Shown here: one piece after another, positions 30,953-40,900 of the stretch
How the letters are laid out: every line of letters starts with the position of its first letter
How positions within the stretch are numbered: the stretch's first letter is position 1
NCBI GenBank assembly: GCA_963664195.1
Contig: OY760907.1
Coordinates: 1,888,001-1,952,000 of the forward strand
Direction of reading: 5' to 3'
Origin: an uncultured candidate division Zixibacteria bacterium
GTDB taxonomy: Bacteria > Zixibacteria > MSB-5A5 > GN15 > FEB-12
DNA: 64,000 bases
Notes under the pieces: generated by a model
Database searches by the model: none
Seen by the model: only the letters and a program-made list of their open reading frames with translations
What the model was told of the DNA's origin: nothing
Position numbers and translations under genes: made by a program

Positions 30953-33490
30953 ATGAAATTCGGGAAATTACCGTTTACAGGTATGTGTGTGAGTGGTTTT
31001 GTTGTTCTTGCCTTTGTCCTCGGTTTGGCCGCTGTTGCCCGGGCGCAGCATCCTCCGATCATGCTTCTTGACAAAGACGGGGAGGAGATCAATCCGATCC
31101 TCGGCGAAAACAATAAAGCTCCGTTTTCCACCGAACAGACCTGCGGCATGTGCCATGACTACGAGGAGATAACCTCCGGCTATCACTTCCAGATGGGCTG
31201 GGATGTTATCGATGACGAGTTTGGCATTGAGAAGGGTGAACCGTGGAGTCTCTCCGACGGTTTCCTCGGACGCTGGTACCCGTACGCCTTTCGTCAGCTT
31301 GCAAAAAAATCCAATGAGAGTGCCGACGAAATCGACCTTACGATGTATGACTTCATCGGATTTTCATCTACCGGACCGGGACAGCTGCCGTGCGGTGCCT
31401 GTCATCCGGGCGGAGGCGGGCTCCAATATGATCGCGAGGGCAATCGGTATGACGAAGCACTTGCCGACAATCCCGAACTGGCGGAGGAACTTGACGGCGA
31501 CTACTATCAGAGCAAATGGATCGAGAGCGGCGTGGTCGAGGCCGACTGTTTTGTCTGTCATCTTGAAGGATACAATTTTGACGATCGCACGGCGAACCTT
31601 GAGCAGGGCAACTATCAGTGGGCAATTGTGGCCGGTTCCCGCATCGGTATTGTCGACGGCTCGGTGAAGCGGGGCAGAACACCCGAAATAACGTACAATC
31701 GACGCCTGTTTAACGAGGACGGCACCATTACACTTGCGATGTCCTGGCCGCCGCCGGACGACAACTGCGTCTACTGTCACGGCAACGCGGATGTGAGAAA
31801 GCGCGGATTCTCCTGGAACGACATTCACAATCCTGACATCCACAACCAGCAGGGGGTTAGCTGCACTGCCTGTCACTCGTCCGGGTTGGATCACCAGATC
31901 GGCAAAGGAAATGTCAACATCTCGACTGTCGCCGATCATCTCGACAATACCATGAAGGGTTGCGCTGAGTGTCACATGTCCGGCTATCTTGGCGCGTCTG
32001 TCCCCGACCACGGCAAGATTCGTCCCTCGCACCTGGCCTCCATTGCCTGTGAATCCTGCCATATTCCAAAACTGCAACGTTCCGCTGCGAGCGGACTCGA
32101 GCCGTTGACCGGAACGCTTCGGTTCACGAGCAATCCTCTTGAAGCTGGCGGTTTCGGCGAAATCGCCGAGTGGGAGCCAGTGTACGAGCGTCGGATGGAG
32201 AACCGCATATACCCGTTGAACGGTGTGCTCGTTGTCTGGTGGGGCAATCGTGACAGCGATGGCCTGGTTTACCCGCTCTTTCTGCGCGAGCATGAAGCCG
32301 GGTGGGAGTTGTTCTCAGAGCAGGTGGTAGATGACAACGATGATGGCCGCCCGGAAGTAAATACGCGCGAGGAAATCATCGCCGGCCTGAAGGCGTTTTC
32401 GGAGACACTCGAGGGCAATGAACGGTTTGACCAGATCCGGCCCGTGCTCGTCAAGGCGAATCTCGCGTACGAATTGGATACCGCGGGGACGCTGGTTACC
32501 ACACCGCACGACGGTCTGTCTTCGGTGGATTTCTCGATCAGTCACAATGTTGCCCCGGCACGAATGGCTCTCGGTGCCAACGGCTGCAACGACTGCCACT
32601 CACCGGAGGCCCACTTCTTCAAAGGCCAGCGCATACTGGATATGTACGGTGAGGACGGCAAACCGATTACGAAATCAATCGGCCGATACTTTGGCTGTAA
32701 ACCCTGGTCCTTTGCTATAAATTCTTTCCACCAACGGATTATCAGTCCGTATGTTGGCGGCGGCATCATTTTGATCATCTTCCTGATCGTGGTACACTAT
32801 CACAGCTACGGGCCAAAGCGGATTACTTTTGATCCATACTCACAAGAGATCCAACGGTTCACGCTCTTTGAACGCGCCGTGCACTTGTTCAGGTTGATCT
32901 CTTTCATCATGCTCTCTGTCACGGGCGTCATTCTCGCATTCAATCTGCATCTGTGGCAGGAACTGCTTTTTGGCAGCGCAAAGACTCTGCTCAACTTCCA
33001 CATCTGGTGCGGAATCATCTTCATTCTGACCACGGTGGCAGGTGTCTTCCTCTGGTTCCGCGACGCCCTGTTTGCGTCGTACGACAAGGAGTGGGTGAGG
33101 AGAATCGGCGGGTATCTGGGATACAAAGGAGAGGTACCGTCGGGCCGCTTCAACGCCGGACAGAAGATGTTCTACTGGTACACAACGATATTCGGCATTC
33201 TCATGAGCGTCAGCGGGCTCATACTTGTATTCAAGGATATCTTCCTGCTCTCAACTATCTGTGTCACCTCGACTATCCACAACCTGTTCGGTTTTGCGTT
33301 GATTGCCGGCGTGCTCGCCCACGCTTACCTCGGCACAATCGCCAACCCCGGCACCTGGCGCGTGCTTGTCGATGGTTCCGTGACTCGCGAATGGGCGCAC
33401 CATCATCACCCGAACTGGTTCCGCACTTTGTCCCCTGACGAAAAGGGTGAGTTGGAAGAGGACGAGGAAAAGGAAGAAGAAGAGGAATAG
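30953..33490 (+). CDS. Octaheme cytochrome c fused to FdnI-like (formate dehydrogenase gamma) cytochrome b domain
   Basis: Eight CxxCH (incl. IACESCHIP); C-terminal RFTLFERAVH, GRFNAGQKMFYW, WAHHHHPNW; poly-Glu tail. Confidence 0.85.
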   Translation: MKFGKLPFTGMCVSGFVVLAFVLGLAAVARAQHPPIMLLDKDGEEINPILGENNKAPFSTEQTCGMCHDYEEITSGYHFQMGWDVIDDEFGIEKGEPWSLSDGFLGRWYPYAFRQLAKKSNESADEIDLTMYDFIGFSSTGPGQLPCGACHPGGGGLQYDREGNRYDEALADNPELAEELDGDYYQSKWIESGVVEADCFVCHLEGYNFDDRTANLEQGNYQWAIVAGSRIGIVDGSVKRGRTPEITYNRRLFNEDGTITLAMSWPPPDDNCVYCHGNADVRKRGFSWNDIHNPDIHNQQGVSCTACHSSGLDHQIGKGNVNISTVADHLDNTMKGCAECHMSGYLGASVPDHGKIRPSHLASIACESCHIPKLQRSAASGLEPLTGTLRFTSNPLEAGGFGEIAEWEPVYERRMENRIYPLNGVLVVWWGNRDSDGLVYPLFLREHEAGWELFSEQVVDDNDDGRPEVNTREEIIAGLKAFSETLEGNERFDQIRPVLVKANLAYELDTAGTLVTTPHDGLSSVDFSISHNVAPARMALGANGCNDCHSPEAHFFKGQRILDMYGEDGKPITKSIGRYFGCKPWSFAINSFHQRIISPYVGGGIILIIFLIVVHYHSYGPKRITFDPYSQEIQRFTLFERAVHLFRLISFIMLSVTGVILAFNLHLWQELLFGSAKTLLNFHIWCGIIFILTTVAGVFLWFRDALFASYDKEWVRRIGGYLGYKGEVPSGRFNAGQKMFYWYTTIFGILMSVSGLILVFKDIFLLSTICVTSTIHNLFGFALIAGVLAHAYLGTIANPGTWRVLVDGSVTREWAHHHHPNWFRTLSPDEKGELEEDEEKEEEEE

Positions 33491-33569
33491 AGGAGCGCAA
33501 GGTGGGTCCGCTTCCACCACCATGTGTTGTTGACTTCACAGGTACGTCGTTTTGGCGCTCTGAGTTGAA

Positions 33570-35114
33570 GTGGCTGCAAACGTGCGATCAGACTGGAGGT
33601 TGATCTTCTTTAGACTCCCCATCTATTGTTACAACTGGGTGAGCATATTGGGGGCGTACGTTGCCGGGCTGGCGTTGGTTCTGATTCTTCTGTTCTTTGG
33701 CGTCAGCGTGTTTTTCGAGTTCGCCACCAATCCTTATCTTGGTATCGTTCAGTTCCTGGTACTGCCCGCCGTATTCGTCTCTGGACTCATCCTGATTCCC
33801 ATCGGAATGTTTCTAACGCGACGGAGGGTTGTGAGGCAAAGATCCGGGGACGAGTACCCCTGGCCGAGGGTCGATCTAAACAAGCGCAGTCATCGCAACG
33901 CCGCCACGATTTTCGCCTTCGGTTCGGTGATCGTCATTTTCGTCTCAGCGGTTGGAGGCTACCAGACTTTCCACTACTCCGAATCGGTGGAATTCTGTGG
34001 AACGACTTGCCACGACGTTATGAAACCCGAATACGTTGCCTACCAGAACTCGGCCCACGCGCGCGTGCCTTGTGCCGAGTGTCACATTGGGGCTGGCGCT
34101 GATTGGTTCGTCAAATCCAAGCTGTCCGGTGCATACCAGGTGTACGCAGTACTTGCAGATGTGTACTCGCGTCCAATTCCAACACCGATTGAGAACCTTC
34201 GACCGGCGCAGGAAACGTGCGAACAATGTCACTGGCCAGCGAAATTCTACGGCTCGCAACTCAAAACCTTCAATCACTTCATGTACGATGAAGGCAACAA
34301 GCCGTGGAATATCGAGCTTCTGCTTCAGACCGGAGGCGGAGACGACCGCTACGGAACGGCCCATGGAATTCATTGGCACATGAATATCGGCTTTGAAATT
34401 CAATACGTCGCGCGGGATCACGAGAGACAAGTCATACCCTGGGTCCGGGTGCGAAGTCGCGAGACCGGCGAAGTGTCAATCTACCAGAGCGAGGCGGCTC
34501 CGTTGACGGCCGAGGAGCTTGCTGGAGCCACCAGAAGAACGATGGACTGCGTGGACTGTCACAACCGACCGAGCCACATCTACCGTTCGCCCGACTACGC
34601 CATTGATCGAGGTCTTCTAAACGGGACGATTGACCGGTCCCTGCCACAGATCAAGGAAGTCGCGGTTGAAGCGATGGATCGGGAATACGCAACCGAAGGC
34701 GATGCGCTGAAGGCTATTGCCAAAAGTCTCACCGAGTTCTATCAGCAGAACTACCCCGATGTTTATAGTTCGAATGGAGAGAGTATCGACGCTGCCATTG
34801 CTGCCGTTCAATCCGCGTTTTCGCAGAATATCTTCCCCGAAATGAGAGTGCGCTGGAGTGTATATCCCGGCAATCTCGGGCATTTTGGCTCCCCGGGCTG
34901 CATGCGTTGTCACAACAGCGATCTCGTCAATGAGAAGGGAGTCTCCGTAACGAATCAATGCACTGCCTGTCACACCATCCTGTCCCAGGGCACTACGGAA
35001 ACGATCAAACGCGCTTCCGACGTCGACGGACTGGAGTTCCTTCACCCCGAAGGTATAGACGAGGCATGGCGGGAGATGGGCTGTTTTGAATGTCACTCGG
35101 GCATTCAACCATAG
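33570..35114 (+). CDS. imcH: ImcH-like NapC/NirT-family inner-membrane heptaheme cytochrome c
   Basis: Three N-terminal TM helices, FCGTTCH + six CxxCH, KSKLSG..Q, LRPAQETCEQCHWP, GIHWH, CVDCHNRPSH. Confidence 0.85.
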   Translation: MAANVRSDWRLIFFRLPIYCYNWVSILGAYVAGLALVLILLFFGVSVFFEFATNPYLGIVQFLVLPAVFVSGLILIPIGMFLTRRRVVRQRSGDEYPWPRVDLNKRSHRNAATIFAFGSVIVIFVSAVGGYQTFHYSESVEFCGTTCHDVMKPEYVAYQNSAHARVPCAECHIGAGADWFVKSKLSGAYQVYAVLADVYSRPIPTPIENLRPAQETCEQCHWPAKFYGSQLKTFNHFMYDEGNKPWNIELLLQTGGGDDRYGTAHGIHWHMNIGFEIQYVARDHERQVIPWVRVRSRETGEVSIYQSEAAPLTAEELAGATRRTMDCVDCHNRPSHIYRSPDYAIDRGLLNGTIDRSLPQIKEVAVEAMDREYATEGDALKAIAKSLTEFYQQNYPDVYSSNGESIDAAIAAVQSAFSQNIFPEMRVRWSVYPGNLGHFGSPGCMRCHNSDLVNEKGVSVTNQCTACHTILSQGTTETIKRASDVDGLEFLHPEGIDEAWREMGCFECHSGIQP

Positions 35115-35219
35115 TAGAGTACGATTTCATCGGGCAGGAACAGGGCCCTTCGTGCTTTGTCTCCGGACGGAAGAGGTGAGTCGGGCGAAGACGAGGACGA
35201 GGAGGAGTGGAGGACTGCG

Positions 35220-36797
35220 CTAAAAAGTAAGGCTCTTGACCAGAGTGACTTCAACGATATTGGAAGTGAAGTCCCTGTTGGAGGCGATGTAGTCGTCAAA
35301 CTCACGGGTGTTGTACGTTATTTCAAGTAAGTGCGTTTCCATGATGCGGCAGCTGCCGCTGAGACGCACGGTGAAACTCTCGACATCGAGATCGCGCCGA
35401 CTCCGGTAGTAGGTGCCGCCGAATCCAACAGATATCCCGTAGAAATCCTGCACCGTGATGTCGCCGTAGAATAGATGATCACGGAACTCGAACGCTCCCG
35501 CATCGTCGACATTGACATAGTCGCCCCTGGAATAGGCATAGCCAATCGACAGAGTTCCAACCTGATCGTGCCGCAAGAAGCCGTCCACAAGCGTACGGAC
35601 AAAATCCACGCTGGTGCCGATCTGCGAGTTCTCCCGCCGTTTGTCTTCGTATTTGACTGATGCCCAGCCGAGTTTCGGTTGTTGGTATTTCACGGAGGCG
35701 CGGAATCTTGATCGTTCCTCATCGCCGACCAGCCGCACGCCTTCCTTGACTCCCTCGTTACGATTGCCGTAATTGGCTCGCAGCGTCAGTCCGCCAACCG
35801 GCGTCAGCCAGCCGGATACATAAGCAGAGTTGGCGTCGATCCGATCATTCGCGTCATCTTTTTTGTCAAGCTGGTAGCCGACTGTCGCGCCGCCCGTTTT
35901 CAAACGACTGTAGCCTGCATATGCGGCATGAGAGACATTGTCCGTTTTCACCGCGTCGCTGTCCGATCCCGCGGAGTTGAATATCAAGCTGTATCGCAAC
36001 GTTACTCCTACAGGGTGATTGAAACTCAGTCCGGCCCAGGCGATGTTCGATTCTATCCGGAACTCGATGTCCTCGAATTCAGACGTAAACCGCTGGTATC
36101 CGCCATGGACAGCGAACATCTCGCAACCCGGCACCGGAGAAACCGCACTTAGTCTGATGTTGTGCCGGCTCTGGTTGCGGTCGGAATCGATATTATCCGA
36201 ATACTTGTTGGTTCTGTACTCGACCTGGAACTGGCCGCCGCGATGGCTCAGCCTCACACCGCCGTGATAGAACAACTGCGTGTAATCGTGCGAAACCCGT
36301 GTGTTTTCTGTCGGCCTGACCGACGGGCCGAACTGGAACAACTCCACCGACTCACCTTTGCGCTTCACGCTGGTAGCCCCACCGTATATGCGAATCGATT
36401 CATGCGGATAGAACCATGCCGACCCACCGGAACGGTTGCGGGACACCTGACTGCCGCCATCTCCGCTGTAGACTTGACGATGACGGTTGTTGAAGAGGTT
36501 TACGCCGAAGTTGCCGGGGCGGTCGACGCCCAGTCGCAGATTGCGGTTGTTAAGAGTCAGGTTTCTCAAATCAGCAGCCAGTCGTACGCCGTTATTCAAA
36601 CGATATCGCATGTCTTCGAGTGAAAGGCTTACGCCTTCATAGTCATTAAATGAACGATAGTAGGCCGACTGATCACCCTCCGCATCGACCGCCACATAGC
36701 CCAAACTTACAGAACCGCTGCCGTCGCCGGCCGAGACGGCCCCAACACCAACCAGTAGTAACAACAGGAACACGCCCACGGCCTGAGAGGTCGTCAT
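35220..36797 (-). CDS. MtrB/PioB-like outer-membrane beta-barrel (second copy)
   Basis: Signal peptide, amphipathic strands, terminal Phe; downstream of the second decaheme; GAGGAGG RBS. Confidence 0.82.
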   Translation of the reverse strand: MTTSQAVGVFLLLLLVGVGAVSAGDGSGSVSLGYVAVDAEGDQSAYYRSFNDYEGVSLSLEDMRYRLNNGVRLAADLRNLTLNNRNLRLGVDRPGNFGVNLFNNRHRQVYSGDGGSQVSRNRSGGSAWFYPHESIRIYGGATSVKRKGESVELFQFGPSVRPTENTRVSHDYTQLFYHGGVRLSHRGGQFQVEYRTNKYSDNIDSDRNQSRHNIRLSAVSPVPGCEMFAVHGGYQRFTSEFEDIEFRIESNIAWAGLSFNHPVGVTLRYSLIFNSAGSDSDAVKTDNVSHAAYAGYSRLKTGGATVGYQLDKKDDANDRIDANSAYVSGWLTPVGGLTLRANYGNRNEGVKEGVRLVGDEERSRFRASVKYQQPKLGWASVKYEDKRRENSQIGTSVDFVRTLVDGFLRHDQVGTLSIGYAYSRGDYVNVDDAGAFEFRDHLFYGDITVQDFYGISVGFGGTYYRSRRDLDVESFTVRLSGSCRIMETHLLEITYNTREFDDYIASNRDFTSNIVEVTLVKSLTF

Positions 36798-36808
36798 CTT
36801 GAGCCTCC

Positions 36809-37792
36809 TCAATTCCCTGTCGTGTGACAACCGGACTGGTAACAATCCGGGTAGAGTTTGGAGCCGAGAAGCGGATCAAGCAGGGACTTGCTTTCCTGCG
36901 ACCCGTGAATCTCGCTGTGACAGTCCATACAGTCGTAGCGCCTCCCAATACCGCCGTGCGTCACGCGATGTCCTGTCGGGACACCGTGGCATTGGTTGCA
37001 GAGTCGATTGCCCGGTTGCACCAGAAGTCGGTCGTTTGGTGAACCGTGAGGATTGTGACACTCCGTGCAGCCGCCACCGTCGATGCCGTGTGCATTGACC
37101 ACCTCGTGCTCGAACAGGAACGGCCCGGAAACCTCAGAGTGACATTGCTGGCAACGCCAGTCAAACCCGGTCGTTCCCAGAGGATCGTGAGCCTCGCCGA
37201 GGCAGTGACAATCAACGCACCGGATGTAGCCGGCTTCAAGCGGGTGTGAGGACCGTCGCTTGAACTCCGCCATCACGTTTGAATGACACGCCTGACAGTA
37301 GTTCTCCCGGTCGTCATTCACGAGCCTCGAGTTTGCGTTGTTGTGAATGCTGTGACAGTCGAGACAGGTGATGCCCGAAAGAGCGTGAGGATCGGTGGTG
37401 GCCATGGCAGCCTGGTGCGGTGTCATATGACACTGACCGCATAGAGCAGCCAGATCGGCTGTTTCAAGTCGTTCCGGATTCGTGATATTGTCGGAATCGG
37501 GTTCCTCGATATGGACCTCCCAGCCCGAGTGGCAATCAATGCACGTCACATGCGGGCTGCTCTCAGATCCAGGCGCAGGCGCCACCGCATGGGCGGAGCC
37601 GGCAAGAGTGAGATCGTGCCCCTCATGGCAATCCAGGCAGGTCTCCGACCGCTCGACTCGCTCAGGGGCCTGTGCTTTGGCTGTATCGGCCATAGCATGG
37701 GGACAGACACTCACGACGGCTGCACTGAGAGCTACGTGGAAGACAAACACGGCGACAGTTGCCATTCTCATAACCACCAATAGGTTACACAA
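36809..37792 (-). CDS. DmsE/MtrA-family decaheme cytochrome c (second copy)
   Basis: Ten CxxCH, GPFLFEH, CHNPHGS, terminal CYQSGCH; exact start uncertain. Confidence 0.92.
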   Translation of the reverse strand: MCNLLVVMRMATVAVFVFHVALSAAVVSVCPHAMADTAKAQAPERVERSETCLDCHEGHDLTLAGSAHAVAPAPGSESSPHVTCIDCHSGWEVHIEEPDSDNITNPERLETADLAALCGQCHMTPHQAAMATTDPHALSGITCLDCHSIHNNANSRLVNDDRENYCQACHSNVMAEFKRRSSHPLEAGYIRCVDCHCLGEAHDPLGTTGFDWRCQQCHSEVSGPFLFEHEVVNAHGIDGGGCTECHNPHGSPNDRLLVQPGNRLCNQCHGVPTGHRVTHGGIGRRYDCMDCHSEIHGSQESKSLLDPLLGSKLYPDCYQSGCHTTGN

Positions 37793-37920
37793 CTAGACGA
37801 GTCTGTGAACTGGTCGAAGTGTGCACCTTTTCAACCGGATCCCAAGCATGCACTAATAATGCTCGCGCGGACGGCATACGCAACCGGATTTATCCACAAA
37901 GTCCAATATTGCGCAAATCG

Positions 37921-37952
37921 AAACGGCCCCCCCGACGAGTCGGGGGGGCCGT
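37921..37952 (-). terminator. Intrinsic terminator (duplicated at 42726-42757)
   Basis: ACGGCCCCCCCGAC-tc-GTCGGGGGGGCCGT then TT on the minus strand. Confidence 0.8.
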
Positions 37953-37989
37953 AGAGTAGACTAGCTAAAGTCTATGTTGCGTCATCCAG

Positions 37990-40900
37990 TTACGGAGTGC
38001 ACGGGAGGCAGATAGGTGCCGCGGCAGTTCCAGGATCAGCAACGTATTCAGCCAGCATCACGATATCAGCGATGTTCACGCAGCAGTCGCCGTTGACATC
38101 ACCGTTAGCCGTGATCGGCAGAAGGACGATCGCACCGGTCGGATCGTTGAAGTAGTAGTCAATCAGGATGTTGACATCGACCATGTCGATAGCAGCATCA
38201 ACGTTGACATCACCACAAGGCAGATCCATAATGTCTATGCGGTAGTCCTCGACTTCACCCCAAGACGTGGTACCGCACGGGTCAGCCGGTGCACCGTCGT
38301 TAAGACGGACACGCAGGCAAGACGCGCCGGCAACAGCCGTGATCGGGCAATCAACAACACCGGTAAACGGACCGTAGCCCGGGTTACCGACGATAGCAAT
38401 CGACTCGGTCAGCGGATCAAAGACATAGTCAATGTTCCAGTCGATGAATGCCGATACCTGGTCGGACGAGTAACCATTGGTGGACTCAACCGTCAGGTCG
38501 TAGCCGTCGACACCCTTGTACAGGGTGGTGGCGAGCTGGTTCGGGCCGTCTTCATAGTAATCAAAGTAATCGTCTGCACCAGAACTGTTGTTAATAGTGT
38601 TGAACTCAACACGAGAGATATACTCGTAGGCTGAGCTAGCACTAGCGCCACAGTACGGCGGGCAGATTTCACCGATTACGTTGATGTTGTACGGGCCGTT
38701 GGCGGCGGCAGCATCGTAGATTACCGGGTAGTAGTACGTACCAGCCGGGACTTCAACGAAGGTCACTGTCGGGTTATCGTCACCACAGTCTGTCCAACTT
38801 GTGGTCTCATACCACACGAGCGTGGACTGATCGCCGTTACACGGGCATGCAGATTCCATTACGATGTAGAACGTTCCGTTGGACGGTACGGTACCACAGT
38901 AATTGATCTCGATATTCATGCACGTGTCGATCGTGAAGGCTTCCCAGACGTTCGGGCCCAGCATGGCACAATCGCCGGCGGTCGCGCCAGCAACCGTACC
39001 GGTGAAGTTCAGCGGGGAACCTTCGGTCAGAGTCGGGATCGGACCACCGTACCAGGTCTCAAGATCGGCACAGTTGTCGTTGCCCGGAACCGGGATAACG
39101 TCGCAGGATACGTTGATCACGAAGTCACCTTCGCCACCACCGTAGGCACCAACACGGACGATGAATTCAGCGCCCGGCCAGACGCCGGAGATGGAGATAG
39201 CCGACTGGTAACCACTGACGCCACAGGCGTCGTCGTTACAGGCCAGAATTGACATCGTCGAGCAATCGAAGCCAGGAGCATAGTAAACCGCGAACTTTGT
39301 ATCCAGCGGGCTGTCACAAAGATCAAAGAGTACCGTGCCGTCCGGGCCACAAGTCGCAGTGTACTTGAACCAGACATCGGTCTGGACATCGAGGTCACCA
39401 TAGGAGTCACAAAGGACATCCGGGTCACCGTCGGTGTCAGCACCGGCGTTGGAGAACACACCGTTGTACCCATCGAAGATTTCGATAGGAGCATCACAAT
39501 GGTCGTTGGCCGGACCAACCGGACAAGTAACCTCGGTGATGGTCAGATCGAAGGACGGAATACAGTCCGGAGACGGCCAGGTATCAAGCATTACGTAGTA
39601 CGTACCCGCAGCAAGGAACACACCGTCAAGGCCGTACACGGCACTGCCGCTGTTGGAGATACCGTCAACCAGGAAGCCAGTGCCTGTCGGGCAGGCGCTG
39701 AAGATACCGATAGCAGTATATGTCGTTCCAAGCGGATCGAGGACTACGTCTACACACATGTCGGTCGGGATGACGAGTTCATAAATGATATCCTCGCCAC
39801 CGTCGTAGTCACCGAACTCAGTAGCATTATAGTCATCATCGAAACCGCAAGTCGTATTCACGTCGTTGAAAGTACCCGTGAAGTTGATTACCAGCGGATT
39901 TGCACAGTTGGTACCCGGATCAACCGGACCAACCGTGTTGGACGTGGTAACAAGTTCAATGTTGCCAACGCCAGCACTGTAACCACCTACCTGTACGAGG
40001 TAGGTATTGCCGCTGACGATCGGAACCGTAACGGATGACTGGAGAGCTTTGTAGCAATCGTCATCGTTGTAGGCCAGTTCGGTAGTCGGCGGGCAGCCAC
40101 AGCCATCCCACACAGCAATCTTGGTGTCAAAATCAGATCCACAAAGGGAGAAGGTAGCTTCACCGGTCAGAGGAGCGGTGTAGCAATACCACACATCCTG
40201 GCCAATGGAGTGAGTACCAATACCGGATGTGGTGGCTTCCGTCGTGTTGATGTTGATGGTCTCATCGCCGATAGCGATGGCACCAGCACATTCATCATTC
40301 GGCGGGCCAACCGGCGGGGTGTACGGAACACCGGCGAGTTCACACCAGTGATTGTACGGACCGTCGGCGCAAGGAGCGTCGTAGAAATCGCCACCAGCCA
40401 TCACAAAGATGTAATCGCCGGCGAGGAGATCTGCGGTCACAGAACCCATGGTGCAGGCCGTAAATGCTACTGCATCTACGATCGCAACCGCGGAGCAGTC
40501 TCCACCCGGGTTCTCAAGAATAAACAGAACAAAATCAATGTCGGCTGAACCGGTGAAGGTAGCCGTAGTATCGGCATCAAAAGTATGCCAGTACCAGTCC
40601 ATATCGCGGGTGCCGCCATCCATCCACAGCGTACCGGAAAGGATGTCGCCACAGTTGATATAGCCGAAGGCCGGCGTAACGTTGTTACAGCCACCGTTCG
40701 GATCAGGATCGGTGCCACAGGCATCGCCATCGTCCACAGCGCCGGCCGGAATGGTCACGCCGCACGGGTCGATTGTCGAGTACTCGGTAACATCCAGAGT
40801 GTACGTACCGAAATCACCACCGTAACCGTCTACTACGATGTAGTAGGTGTTGCCGGCAGTCATCGATACGATGAGCGAAGACTTGTAGTCGTCATCGCCA

